DNA of 64,000 nucleotides from Lama guanicoe (taxonomy: Eukaryota), in the NCBI GenBank assembly GCA_013239625.1, contig MU053513.1, positions 2,902,927-2,966,926 of the forward strand, written 5' to 3'. Made by a program: the position numbers and the translations under genes. Below, piece by piece: positions 40,027 through 52,630 of this stretch. Each line of letters starts with the position of its first letter. Within the stretch, counting starts at the first letter, position 1. The notes beneath the pieces are model-generated. The model searched no databases and was not told the DNA's origin. It saw nothing but the letters and a program-made list of their open reading frames with translations.

Positions 40027-42772
40027 CAGATTTCAGGTCAAGATGCTGGAGTGCCAGGACCCTGAGCTTGCCTTTCCTCACGACTACAACGAAACCACAA
40101 CCATCGAAAAAACGATTGGAACTTAGCAAAGAAGATCATCTTCAACTGGAAACATAAAGAGATAACTACAGCAGGATGGTAGGAGGGGTGTCCTGGTGAT
40201 ATAATTGGGCCCCAAACCCCCTAGGTGGGCAACCCACAAGCTGAAGAATAATTAAGTCACAGTGGCCCTCCCACAGGAGTGAGAGTTCTAAGCCCCACAT
40301 CAAGCTCCCCAGCCTGGGGTTCTAGCATTGCGAGGAGACCCCACGACATCTGGTTTTGAAGGCCAGTGGGGCTTAGCTCCAGGAGCCCCCCCAGGACTGG
40401 GGGAAACAGAGACTTCACTCTCTTGGGAAGCATACATAGAATCTCAAGCGTGCCAGGTCCAAAGGCAGAGGCAGTGATTTCATTGGAACCTGGGCCAGAC
40501 CTGCCTGCCGGTTTTGGAGGGTCTCCAGGGGATGTAAGGGATGGCTGCAGCTCACCCAGGGGACATAAAAGCTGGTGGCAGTGGAGTGTTCATCTACATG
40601 AGCTTTCCTGGAGGCTGACATCTTGATTGGATCATTAGAAGACTTAACCCCACCCAACAGCCTGTAGGGAAGCCTCAGCTCAAACAACATACAGGGTGGG
40701 AACACAGCCCCACCCATCAGCAGACCTCCTAAGCCACAAAGGCCTCTAGAAACAGCTCTACCCACCAAAGGTCCAGGACCAAGCTTCACCCAGCAGTGGG
40801 CAGGCACCCACTCCTCTTGCCAGGAAACCTGCATAAGCCTCTAGTCCAGCCTTATCCACCAGCAGATACCAGAAATAAGAAAACAAAAATCCCACAGTCT
40901 GTGGAAGAAATCCACAAACAGGCCAGACTCTACATTAGGATCTGCTGGACCAAAGCCCTTGGGTGACAAGAGAGGAGTGTATTACTGTGACATATAGGAC
41001 ATCTCCCACTGAAGGCCACCTCTCCAAGGGCAAGAGATGTAACTAACCTACCTGAAAATATAAATAGAAAGCTAAACAATATGAGGCGGCAGAGGAATAT
41101 CTCCCAGGCCAAGGCATAAGATAAAATCCTGGAAGAAGAAATAAGTGATGAGGAGACAGGCAATTTATCTGAGAGAGAGTTTAAAGTATTGAGGGTGAAG
41201 ATGTTCAGAGAACTCCAGAGGAGTATAGATGCAAAGAGTGAAGTTCTTAGCAAAGAGTTGGAAAATATAAAGAATACCCAAACAGAGTTGAAGAATAAAA
41301 TCACTGAAATGAATCACACACTAGAAGGAACCAAGAATAGACTAAATGAGGCAGAAGAATGGATCAATGAGCTAGAAGACAGATTAGTGGAAATCACTAC
41401 TGCAGAACAGAAAAAAGAAAGAAGAATAAAATGAAATGAGGATAGTTTAAGAGAACTCTGGGACAACATGAAGCATACTAATATTTGCATTATAGGGGTC
41501 CCAGAAAGAGAAGAGAGAGAAAGAACCTGAGAAAATTTTTGAAGCGATCATAACTGAAAACTTCTCCAACTTGGGAAAGGAAACAGTCATCCAATTCCAG
41601 GAAGTGTAGAAGGTTCCACACAGGATCAACCCAAAGATGAACACATGAAGGCATATAGTAATCAAACTGACAAAAATTAAGGATAAGGAGAAAATATTAA
41701 AATTACCAAGAGAAAAACAACAAATAACATATAAGGAAACTCCCATAAAGTTTCAGCTGATTTTTCAGCAGAAAATCTACAGGCCAGAAGGGAGTGGCAA
41801 GATATATTTAAAGTGATGAAAGGGAAAAACCTACAACCAAGAATACTCTATCCAGCAAGGCTCTCATTCAGACTTGACGGAGAAATCAAAAGCTTCACGG
41901 ATAAACAAAAGCTAAGAGTTCAGCACCACCAAACCAGCTTTACAACTAATGTTAAAGGAACTTCTCTAGTCATCAAACCATAAGAAAACAGAACAAAAAG
42001 AAGAGGAAAAAAAAAAAAAGAGAGAGAGACCTACAAAAGATTTCTTTGGCAGTTCAGGGTATTTTATGGTTCCATATAAATTGTGGAATTGTTCTAGTTC
42101 TGTGAAAAATGTTGTGAGTACTTTGACAGGGGTTGTACTCGATCTGTGGATTGCTGCAGGTAGTACAGACATTTTGATAATGTTGATTCTTTCAATCCAA
42201 GGGCACAAAATATCTTTTCATTGCTTTGTATCATTTTCAATTTGCTTCATCAGTGTTTTACAGTTTTCAGAGTATAGATAACCTCCTTGGTTAAGCTTAT
42301 TTCTAGGTATTTTTGATGCAATGGAAATGTTTATGCCAGTTATAAAATTCTGGCTTTAAGTGGGGGGAAAAAAGTTAATGAAGGGCTGCAAATGGCAAAA
42401 TATCCTTCTTTCTTATGAGTGAGTTGAAATCCATTACACATATATGCTGCATCTTCTTTATCCATTCATCTATTGATGTGCACTTACAATGCTTCCATAT
42501 CTTGGCAATTATAAATAATGATGTTGCTTGTTAATAGCAGGGTGTATGTATCTTTTTGAATTAATTCTTATTTTGTGATTAGCTTTATTTCTTTATTTCT
42601 ATATAACTATGTAAGTTTAAGGCTCTAAATATTCTTAGAAACAATGAACAGCTCATAAATGTAAATTTTAAAAATATGTGCAGTATATTGTGTATATGTG
42701 TTTACATGCAGTACATTGTATATGTGCAGTCAAATTGTAGCAATTCTACCTAATAAAACTGAAAAATGAAAA
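40027..42772 (+). mobile_element. L1-derived element: 5'UTR, decayed ORF1, antisense ORF2 pieces, polyA signal and A tail, flanked by a 15-bp TSD, inserted in a MIR
   Basis: YY1-like caagatgctg at 40039; ORF1 remnant 41081-41969; AATAAA at 42752; TSD aaaaacaattaactt (40012-40026) / aaatacaattaactt (42773-42787). Confidence 0.88.
41081..41969 (+). pseudogene. Disrupted L1 ORF1p
   Basis: MRRQRNISQ..., coiled coil (ELENIKNTQTELKNKITEM...RLNEAEEWINELED), then ADFSAE.LQARREWQDIFKVMKGKNLQPRILYPARLSF and MLKELL*. Contains stops and frameshifts. Confidence 0.9.
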
Positions 42773-42951
42773 AAATACAATTAACTTTGGGCAAGTTTTT
42801 TGACCTTACTATGCTCTTGTTTCCTCATCTGAAAAAATGAGATGATAATAATATCTACTTACTAAGGTTGTTATGAGGTTTAAATCAATCAGCTTAGGTA
42901 AAGCATTTAGAACAGTGTCTGGCAAAGAGTAAGCACTATATGTGTTTGCTT

Positions 42952-42978
42952 ATCATCATCATCATCATCATCATCATC
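42952..42978 (+). repeat. (ATC)9 microsatellite at the MIR tail
   Basis: Seen directly in the sequence. Confidence 0.95.
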
Positions 42979-43296
42979 ACTGTTGTTATGTTATTGTCAC
43001 TGTCTCCTGGGGACACGCTGAAAATATCCTGTGAGCATTGGGAAAGATAACTCAAAGATAGCTAAGTGTCCTCAATCCAATAAACATTATTAAACATTAT
43101 TAGGAAGAGTTATTGGCAAAATATAATGCCAAATGGAACCACCAAAAAGTTGTTTATTTTGTACTTTTCTCCTTAGGAATTCCACAAATAATTTACATTG
43201 CCAAAAAGTGGTTTGCATTACAATAAAGGAAACTACTGAAGTGTATAAGCACAGCTAAGAGCAATGTAAAAGCTCACACTGACTTCCACATGTATT

Positions 43297-43885
43297 CTTT
43301 TTTTTTTTTTCAGTTGAAGTATAGTCAGTTACAATGTGTCAGTTTCGGATGTACAGCATAATGTCCCAGTCATGCATGTATACACATATATTTGTTTTCA
43401 TATTCTTTTTCATTAAAGGTTATTACAAGATATTGAATATAGTTCCCTAGGGAAATTTGTTTTTTTTAATCTATTTTTATATATAGTGGTTAACATTTGC
43501 AAATCTCAAACTCCCAAATTTATCCCTTCCCACCCCCTTTTCCCCAGTAACCATAAGATTGTTCACTAAGTCTGTGAGTCTGTCTCTGTTTTGTAGATGA
43601 GTTCATTAGGTTCGCCTTTTTTCTTTTGGTTTTTTTTTTTTTTAGATTCCACATATGAGTGATATCATATGGTACTTTTCTTTCTCCTTCTGGCTTACTT
43701 CACTTAGAATGACAATCTCCAGGTCCATCCATGTTGCTGCAAATGACATTATTATATTCTTTTTTTATCTCTGAGTAGTATTCCATTGTATAGGTATACC
43801 ACAACTTCTTTATCCACTCATCTGTCAATGGACATTTAGGTCACTTCCATACCTTGGCTACTGTATAGAGTTCTGCTATGAACAC
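43297..43885 (-). mobile_element. Young 5'-truncated L1 3' end (camelid-like)
   Basis: poly(T), then gttgaagtatagtcagttacaatgtgtc...ggttattacaagatattgaa...ttagattccacatatgagtgatatcatatgg. Possible TSD tgtattctt (43291) / tgcattctt (43886). Confidence 0.9.
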
Positions 43886-44179
43886 TGCATTCTTGAGGGA
43901 ATCTTTGCAGGACTTGTATTTCATTAGATTTTTGACAAGAAGGCAGGAATCATTTCTAGAATACTCATTTTCCCCCTAAAAGTATTTGCTGCATTCAGTA
44001 AAGAAAATTAAAACAATGATGTATTCACAATGCATTGGCCTCATACATCCCTTCCCTGTAGACCTGGACAAGTATATATTTTGAACTATTTTGAACCACT
44101 CCTTCTGTGGTCTTCGCCCATCTCAGTTAATGGCAATTTCAACCTTCCAGATACACAGGTCAAAAACCTAAATCCATGT

Positions 44180-44785
44180 TTCAAAATAAACTTTTTTATT
44201 TTAGAACAATTTTACAGAAAAATTGAGAGGGCAATACATAAAGTTCCCATGTACCACACATCCAGCTTCCCCTATTATCAAAATTGTGTTTTGGAAAGAT
44301 ACATTTGTTATAATGAATGAAACAATATTGGTAAAATACTATTAACTAAAGTCCACACTTAATTGAGATTTCCTTAGTTTTGACCTGATGACCTTTTGTT
44401 CCGAGATCCCATCCTGGATACCACATTAGTTAGTACACACGTCTTCTTAGGATCCTCTTGGCTGTGGCAGACTTTCCTTGTGTTTGATGACCCTGACAGT
44501 TTTGAGCACTAGTGAGGTGTTTTGTAGACTGTCCCTCAATGTGGATTTGCCTGGTGTTTTTCTCATTAGACAGGGGTTGCAGGTTTGGGGAAAGAAGAGC
44601 ACAGGAGGCAAGGTGCCATTGTCATCATTCACCCTCAGGGAACATACTACCTACATGACTGAAGCTGACCTTGACCACTGGCTGAGGTAGGGTTCGTCAT
44701 GGTTCTCCACTGTAAGATTACTATCTTATCCCTTTTCCACGCTGTTCTCTTTGACAGGAAGTCACTACAGGCAACCCACAAAGGA
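44180..44785 (-). mobile_element. L1MC-like 3' end
   Basis: ttattttagaacaattttacagaaaaattgag...tattaactaaagtccac...gatcccatcctggataccacatt...ccttgaccactggctgaggtag. Confidence 0.85.
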
Positions 44786-45454
44786 GTAAAAGAGTACTCA
44801 CGTCTAAAAGCATTCCAAACAATACACTCATCTAGACATTTAAAATTCTATTTTTTCTGATGATGGAAACAGCTCCAGAGTGTTTCACAAATAGATATTG
44901 CTTAAAAAGTAAAGAACTTAATTTCAGAAATTTGTTCTGGTAATAAACGCAATGCATGCTCATTGCATAAAAACTGGAAACATGTTTAAGAAAAAAGTCA
45001 TCTAAAATTTACCACCCAGAAGCAGATGACTGCAGTTACTATTTTGAGGTATTGTGTCTAAACCTTCTGTGTCTACACTGAGAGAGTTAAATAATCCTCT
45101 ACATATACTGCTCTATCTTGCTTATTACCATTTGACATTTTGAAAGATTGTTCTGCACTTTTAGACAAGTGTTTTCTTCTTTGTAATTCCAGAGCCTAGC
45201 ATAGTGCCCACGCGGAGTGGATTCGGCAAGTGTGATCCAGTGAGCTTTCTGACTTGATAAACTGAAGAAGCCTCCATGGAACCATTTAGTGGAATTTGCT
45301 GACCAAGGCAATCTCAGTCTCCTCCTTCGCCCTCACAGGATAACCAAAGTGACAGGCACCAATTTGGGGCCTTAGAAAATTAGTTAAATCAATGAAATAG
45401 CATGCAGTCTGTAAGGACTGAAAAAGACAATGGCAGGTGCAGTGTTTAAGCACA

Positions 45455-45652
45455 CAGGCCCATGATCCCTTATCCCAGATCCTTTGGACGAGGTGTATTC
45501 TGGAATTCAGCATTCTCCAGTTAAGGAAGACGACAGAGCAAATGTACAATGCATTATGAAGTGCCACAATCGGGCATCGGGAAACTCATTGTAATCAAAC
45601 AGTCATATCTTTTATAGCAAAATATGTGAGTAATCACGATCAACAGACTATT
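45455..45652 (+). mobile_element. MER46C-like Tigger fragment
   Basis: caggcccatgatcccttatcc...gtgtattctggaattcag...gtaatcaaaca. Confidence 0.65.
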
Positions 45653-46028
45653 TCTTTGTGCTTTATAATGTCTGGTGGTGCAGTCTAAGAATCTCTCATG
45701 TCTGGGTTAGGGGAACAGCCTCCAGAGGAGTCTCAGTTCCGTTGGACACAGTTTATTACCAGCTAGGGACCAAGTCTGTGGCTGATTTCTCAGCTTGCAG
45801 GGTTGCTAGAAAACGCAAGCAGAGACAATGCAAGCAGTAAAATTCACACGGCAAGACCCAGGGTACAGGCCTGGCATTTTCAATTTCCAGGGAGAATTTT
45901 TTTGTTATCTAAAGACCAAAGATGTGAATAGGCTTCCTTACCTGCTCTCTGCACCAGTTCTCATGATTCCTTTCCCAGCCTTCCCTTCCACTTGGGTAGA
46001 GCTTGCAAACAGCCAGCTTCAGGTCCTG

Positions 46029-46054
46029 GTGTGTGTGTGTGTGTGTGTGTGTGT
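46029..46054 (+). repeat. (GT)13 microsatellite
   Basis: Seen directly in the sequence. Confidence 0.97.
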
Positions 46055-47706
46055 ATGCTGGGGGGAGAGGAATGGTTCTCACTCTCTGCCCCTGCTGGAC
46101 CCAGGCCTTGCCCTCTACCCTGTAGGGTTCTCTACCCTGTTAGTCACTGATACTGATAAACCACCAGGAAACCACACCATCAGTTTTCTTGCTTCCACCT
46201 CTTTCCATTCCTTTCCAGTCTCTGGTGCCTGAAGATTTCCCTTCCTTGGAGAAAGGCCAACTGGACATTAAAATAATGAATCCTGCTTTATCCAGCATGT
46301 CCTGGTGTTACGGCAGGAAAACTGTCAGGTTACCTTAGACCACCAAGCTGTCACACCAGAACTTTTAATTTCATTTTCCTTTTAAGTCAATAATCTATTT
46401 ATTAAATACTATAAAATAATCTATTAGCCAGATTACTGAATTGACCAGATACACCATTTCCCAAACCTTGTGGGATAATAATTGTTATAGGAGCTATATA
46501 GATAACTTTTGAAATAAAAGTTCTTTAATGAATACTTTTCTAAGTAAGCCTTTGTAAGCCTACTCTGAAAAATAAGAAATCACAATTTGGTGCTATCGAC
46601 TTAGTGACAAATTATTTTCCAGACAATTAATACAATTGTTCAAGTAATTGAAATTACTTGAGGGCTCACTCTTCTTAACAGCAATGGAATAAATCTGTTA
46701 TGCTGAAATGTCAGTGCCCTCTAGGTGGTATTGTTCCAGGATACTTGTAACGGAACCAAATCTACCTCATTCTCTTCCTTAGTGAACCCCAATTTTAATT
46801 TTCCTTTAAAGTGGGGTTCATTGCTGACCCTTAGCACACTGGCTGGAACTGAGCAAGGACTTATGCTATATTTGGTAATTGACTAATTTTCACAGTGAAT
46901 ACTAACTGCCACTTGATGAATGCTTTTGTGATAGTCACTTTGTCAGGCTATGAGCTGGAACTTGAGAAAAGATGAACAAACTTTTTCTACTGGGGCTCCA
47001 GTTCTATCATCTTTTTCAACTTTCAAATCAGGGTGTCCTTTGGTGGGTACTCTGTTTTATTTCTCTTTGCTTGTCACAAATGAGGTAATTTGATATTTGA
47101 ATTTCTAAAAGGCCCCTTTCAAGTGTGTGAACCTGACAATTGGCAAATAGGCACTTTCCCACCTAAGGTTCTGTAATGAATAAAATCCCCTAGATCTTCC
47201 TGGGGAATCAATTACTACATTGAAAACTATGATAATAAAGGAGCGTTCATCAATAACAGATGTGATCTGTCAAGTGAAAATCAATCTGTTTTGATGGATG
47301 ATGCCTCATAGCAATATGGAAGATTTCATTTGAATAATTATATAAAACTATATGATTAATCAGTTGAGTAAGACTAGAAATTCAGTAAGTAATAAGTCTT
47401 ATCAGGCCATTTGCTGTTTTTATGACCTGCGGGAATTTTGACCTTCATGTGTCTCCCTGAAAAGGACAAGCTAGTTTCCTAAACATACATCCCTGAGCAG
47501 AAGACATCCAGTGCGCATCCCTGTGGGCACCTGAGCCAGCTGATGGCCTGACATGGATGTATCTTCTCACGCTCGCCCTCCCAGCAGGTGTGAAGAATGG
47601 ATTTGGAGAGGTAGCTCTTCACAACCTCCAGGCAGCATCCTGTTTACAGATGAGCTTTGGAAAGTTTGGGTGTCATTGCTGTAAAGTAACTATGACGTGA
47701 CAGGTA

Positions 47707-48150
47707 TGTATCAGCCAGGACTCTTCAGGTTGCAGGCGACCGAAACATAATCCAAGCTCACAGATATGAAAAAGAGGGATTTATTGGCTTATACACTCAA
47801 ACCACAGGGGAGGGCAGGCTGGCTTCAAGGATGGGTGGTCCCAGCACTAGAGGACTCTCCAGGTCCTTGCTTTAGCTCCTCAACTGGTTTCTGCTTCTCT
47901 CAGTGTCTTGGTTTCATTCTTTCCAGGGAATATAGCCACTGACACCCAGAAAATCACATCTCAACATCTCTACCACCAAAGAAAAGAGGGTCTTTCTCAC
48001 AGCGTTATGCAGAAAAACAATAAAATTTGGGAAGGGTTCAGAATGGCTTGTCTTGGGCCATGTGTCACTCTATTGGTCAATCACGGGCCTGAATGTACTC
48101 TCACCCCTGTGGTCAGAAGAGAAGGCGTTGTCTCTGTAATAAAGGGACAA
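47707..48150 (-). mobile_element. Old MLT1 (K/L-like) LTR
   Basis: tgtatcagccaggactcttcaggttgcagg...gggatttattggct...ggcttgtcttgggccatgtg...caatcac. Confidence 0.7.
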
Positions 48151-51100
48151 TGGCGAGCACAAAAGGCACTGTACACACTTACATGGCTAATTACACACAT
48201 TAACCATTTGATCATGTGATACAGTGCATATGCATACGGTCTGCGTATGTCTGCAGTTAAGAAGGTGTAACTTTCCCATGAACACGTGTGCGTGTATACT
48301 GCATGCATGTATATATGTATGTATTATCTGTATATATTGTTTCATGAACACAGATGGATGCATATGTTGTACATACATCTCACTGTTTTGTGAGTAAGAG
48401 TGCAGTTTTTCCCTTTCCAGGGACCCCATTCACATCCCCAGATCATAATTATCCAATAAATGCATTTTCCCTCTTCTGTACCCTAGAGTAAGTTGCATTC
48501 CAAGAAGACTGGCCTATTTATTGCCCCCATGTGTGTCTGATTTGCTTCTCTGGAAAGTCAGAGGATCACGCAGGCCTCTGGTCGGGCCCTTTGGGCATGA
48601 GATACCATGTCCATGCCAAGGGTACACGGAGCGAAGCAACATTAGAAGTGACCTCATACATAGTTTTCAAGGCAGCAGGGCCAAGGTAAGAGCGCCCCAA
48701 GACTGGGTAACTAGCCACACAACATGAGGAGCTGGGAGATTAGAACCAAAGATAATAGAACCACAGAGAGGCAAGAAAGGAATCAACGAGTGTGAGGCAG
48801 TCGGGATTACCAGCGCGGATGGTAGTTTACTGTGACTTCGTGCGGTGCTCTTGGCCTGCTGGGAGTGATAGGAGCTGACGGAAAATGGGCAACGCATGTT
48901 CGGAACTTTTGCTTTTGCTCTTTTCCCCAACTCTGCTCTCCCTTCTCTCCATCCCATCCAAATCCTTACCCTATGCACGTCTCGCCTCTCCCACAAGAGC
49001 TTTCTGGAATGATAACCCACAGCAACATCTGTCCCTCCCATTTGGCTCTTGAGCATAGACTGCCTTGAGATATGGCCACTGTCTGGGAGTTGCTACTTCA
49101 CAGCCAGGCCCAGAAATATAATCTCTTCTCTACTCAATAAATACATGGTTTCATACTTAGGAAAAAGACAAAATCTCTTAAAAATGATGAATCCAATATA
49201 TTCATCCCAAAGAAGTCATCTTTATTATATGTTAATTTCGCTGCCCCCTTTTCTATAACAATCTAATAGTTGGAAGTTATTTTGCTTTACAATTACACAA
49301 ATGGAATGTTCAGATTTAATTAACAATTAAATTGATCAGTTTTAAACTTTGGGAACATACATTTGCATATAATTGCTCTCCATATACTCACGTAAAATCC
49401 AAAGCCTATATTCCCAAGTATAGAAAACCTATTCGTGTCAGCTTTAGTTACATGTGTACATTTATTTGAATGTGTGGAGTGTGTGTTTTTATTGCCAAGA
49501 AAGTCAGCTCTGTTTCTTAATTGTCGCTATAACCACGATTCAGGAAATTCTATTGCAACATCGATATGGTATGCACATCTTTAATTAGGCTAGTGCAGTC
49601 TGCCTGTCACAGCAACTGATCCTAAGTATTCTTTTTAGTCTACTTGAGGCTTTAAAATGTTCTCGCTTTTTAGAGAGACATATTTTGGCCTCATTAAATT
49701 GTTAAGCAAATCAATATACAGCCCTACAACTCGACTGCTATGTGCTAGAAAAGCTGTGCGTCTTCACTTAGCACATCTTTAGGTACCATCCGAAAGGGCA
49801 CTCTTCCCCAAATACCTGAAATCCCCTGCAGCTTTGGTAGGTTAGGGCTCTCCTGTCAGGTCTGAGGGTCATCTGTCATCCCCACTGACCACCTAGAGGG
49901 TCTGGCTGTGGCATCCTACTGCCCCCAGAGCCTGATTCTCCTATCTAGTAGTTAATGCAAATAAGTTGCAGGTTGCCTGCTCTGAGAAATGTCTTTACAC
50001 CAGGTCACCAACACAAGAGACAACACAATCACTGATTCCATGGTCTGGAAACTACAAATAGAATCTAGCCTAAAGTTCATTTCCTTCTCTTTCCTCAAAA
50101 CCTGACATGATCTCAACAGGGAGACACAGTGATTACCTGGAACCAGTACCTTAGTCTTTGACAACTTCTTTCTGCCACAATTAATTTAAAATGAATTGGT
50201 AAAATTTACATTAAGGAGAAAGCAGAGTTCTCAGGATATTGCCAACCATAGATATATTTTTTTGGAAACACATATGGGTATTATATGATTTTTACTACAT
50301 CCAAGATCAAATGATAATAAGCAGCTGCTATAAAGTTACAGATGAGGCTCCCCAAGTTCAGTCTGGTTAAAGTGGAGGGTTGCATTATTAACCAGTCGTG
50401 ACATGAGAGGGCAAGTCTGAGCCGCTAGTGGGTCAGAAATTAAAGTGGGGGTGGGATGCAGCGGAGGTACAGGGCCTACTGCAAAATCTAAATCACTCCT
50501 GGTCCCAGCTTCACGGTGGCAGTGCCTCCTGGTGGTTGTCAGCTCAAACATAAGCACTGATGAGGAATTCTGGGTTCTGTGGTCAGCGGGGGCTTTCAGA
50601 ATTTCAGCACCCACCAAGTTGGTTGGCACTCATTTTGCTTCCCTGCTTCTCACGATTTTCCCTCCCTCAAAGGGAAGAACCTTAGCCTATACTGATTAAG
50701 AAAGGAAGGGGGACCAGAACTCATCACATTTTTAAAGATAACAAGAGAATCAAATTTCGCTCCCAAGCAACTCAGCTCTCCAGTGTCCATGAAATCTTCA
50801 GCCTAATGCTGCCAATCCCACCCTAGCCTTTGTTTAGACAGTACTGAAGAGACAATCTTTCCTGCAAAAATTTCTGCTCAGAAAACCTTTGTCTAGTGAC
50901 AGCAATGTCTGGACCAGCTGAAGCATTGGGCATGTCTGCAGATGCTCTAAGTCTGAAAATCATTGCTGGCATGTCTACATGTTTAAAAAAAAATTCTTGT
51001 AAGTCTGGTGGTTTCTAGAAAGCATGTGCTTTCTTCTGAGAAACTGCTGAGGAAACCTCAAGGACCAAGATCTTAAAATAAATAGATCATCTTGGTGACT

Positions 51101-51814
51101 ACTTGACTCAGCTCAGCTACAGCTATTGACCTTTCTCCGGATTAGAATAGAGTAAACAGGGACACAGAAGTATGTGGTCATTTTTGAAGACAGGTTTGGG
51201 GGCCACTATTATAGTTATTTGCCCCAAAACATCAAATCCACCACTTACCATTTTAGCTATATTACCTTGGCTCTTGAATCTTTTTTTTCTTCCTGAGTCT
51301 TATTTAATGCAACTGTCTCTGGGAAGGATTGCACTTGAAGCCATTATTCGGTGATGACCAATACACAGAGCATTTGGGAGTAAAGGACAGACAGAGGGGC
51401 GGGAAGGGTAGAATTTTGAGAAGGAAAGATGAAATCAGACAGGAGGGAAGTAGAGAGCCACCAAATTTTGTTTTCCTCCCAATTTAGCCTAGAAGTATCT
51501 GAGTTTGAAGGGAAATCTATCATTCTTTTGGGGTATTATACGTTGTTTTTCAACTTCCATGCAGTATTTTCTGCTTTGTGCCTGTACTGCTGTGCAACAT
51601 GGGGCCTCCCTTTCTATCATGACTAGAGGAATAAGCTACTTGTACATCTGCTAGTTTTTGCACAAAATGTAATTGCCTATTTCAAATATTTCTAGTTTAT
51701 TTTAGATAGGTTAATACCCCATTGTTTGTTTTCAGTTATTTCTTGCTGTTAAACTAGGCGAAATGCTTTGTGTAATTCCCAGTCAATAAGTATCTGACTT
51801 GGGCTCAGAATGTA

Positions 51815-52630
51815 TTTTTAATTTTTTATTGTGAAATAGACATGCCAGAAAGTGCACACAACATGATGGTATATTTAATAAATATTCAGAATGTGAACAG
51901 CCATGTAACTTCCAGCTGGATCAAGAGACGGGATGTTGCCAATATCCCAGAAAAACTCACACTAATCACAAACCACACATTTTTCTCAGAGGCAACTGCT
52001 CTTCTCACTTACGTGATAATTTCCTTGCTTTTTTTTCTTTTCCTTTTTAGTTCTACCTCCTATACATGTCCTTAAACAACATCATTTAGTCTTGCTTCTT
52101 CCTATGATCTAAAAATTGAATCACTCTGTATTCTTTCATTTTTGCATCTTTTGCTCAAAATTATGTTTAAAATTCATACATGTTGTCACATACGGCTTCA
52201 TTTTCATTGATTCCAGCACGATTGTAACCATTCTCCTACTGATAGACATGTCGGTTGCTTGCAGGTTCTAGCCGTTAGGAATGATGCTGCTGTACACATT
52301 GTCCACACCTCCTACTGTTTGTGCTCACTCACGAGTGCCTCTAGTGAATACAGAGATGACTGGAGATGCTGGGATGTGGGGTGTGCAGATCTTTAACTTT
52401 ACCCAATACTGGGAAGCTATTTATTTCAAAATGGTTGCTCCCCTACTAGTACATGAGAGTTCCTATTGTTTCACGTCATCATCCACACTTGGTATGGTCA
52501 GATTCTTGATTTTTTGCCAATCTGGTATTTACTGTATAGTGATACCTCCATGTGCTTTTGTTCGCCTCCCACTGTGGTTTTATTTTGCAAAACTCTGATT
52601 TCTAATGAGATTGGGAATAGCTGCCTATAC
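51815..52630 (-). mobile_element. L1ME-like 3' region
   Basis: ttttattgtgaaatagacat...ccattctcctactgatagacat...cacttggtatggtcagattcttgattttttgccaatctg. Confidence 0.8.

Larger units (their letters stand above)
39945..42980 (+). mobile_element. MIR split by the L1-derived insertion (halves ~39945-40026 and ~42773-42980)
   Basis: 5' half gcaagagcagggactccagagccag; 3' half ctttgggcaagtt...gtttcctcatctgaaaaatgagatgataata...(ATC)n. Confidence 0.8.

Noticed and set aside
40366..42281. Several ORFs of 71-139 aa
   Set aside because: All derive from the L1 5'UTR, ORF1 or ORF2 remnants or their antisense frames. The element is disrupted and not autonomous.
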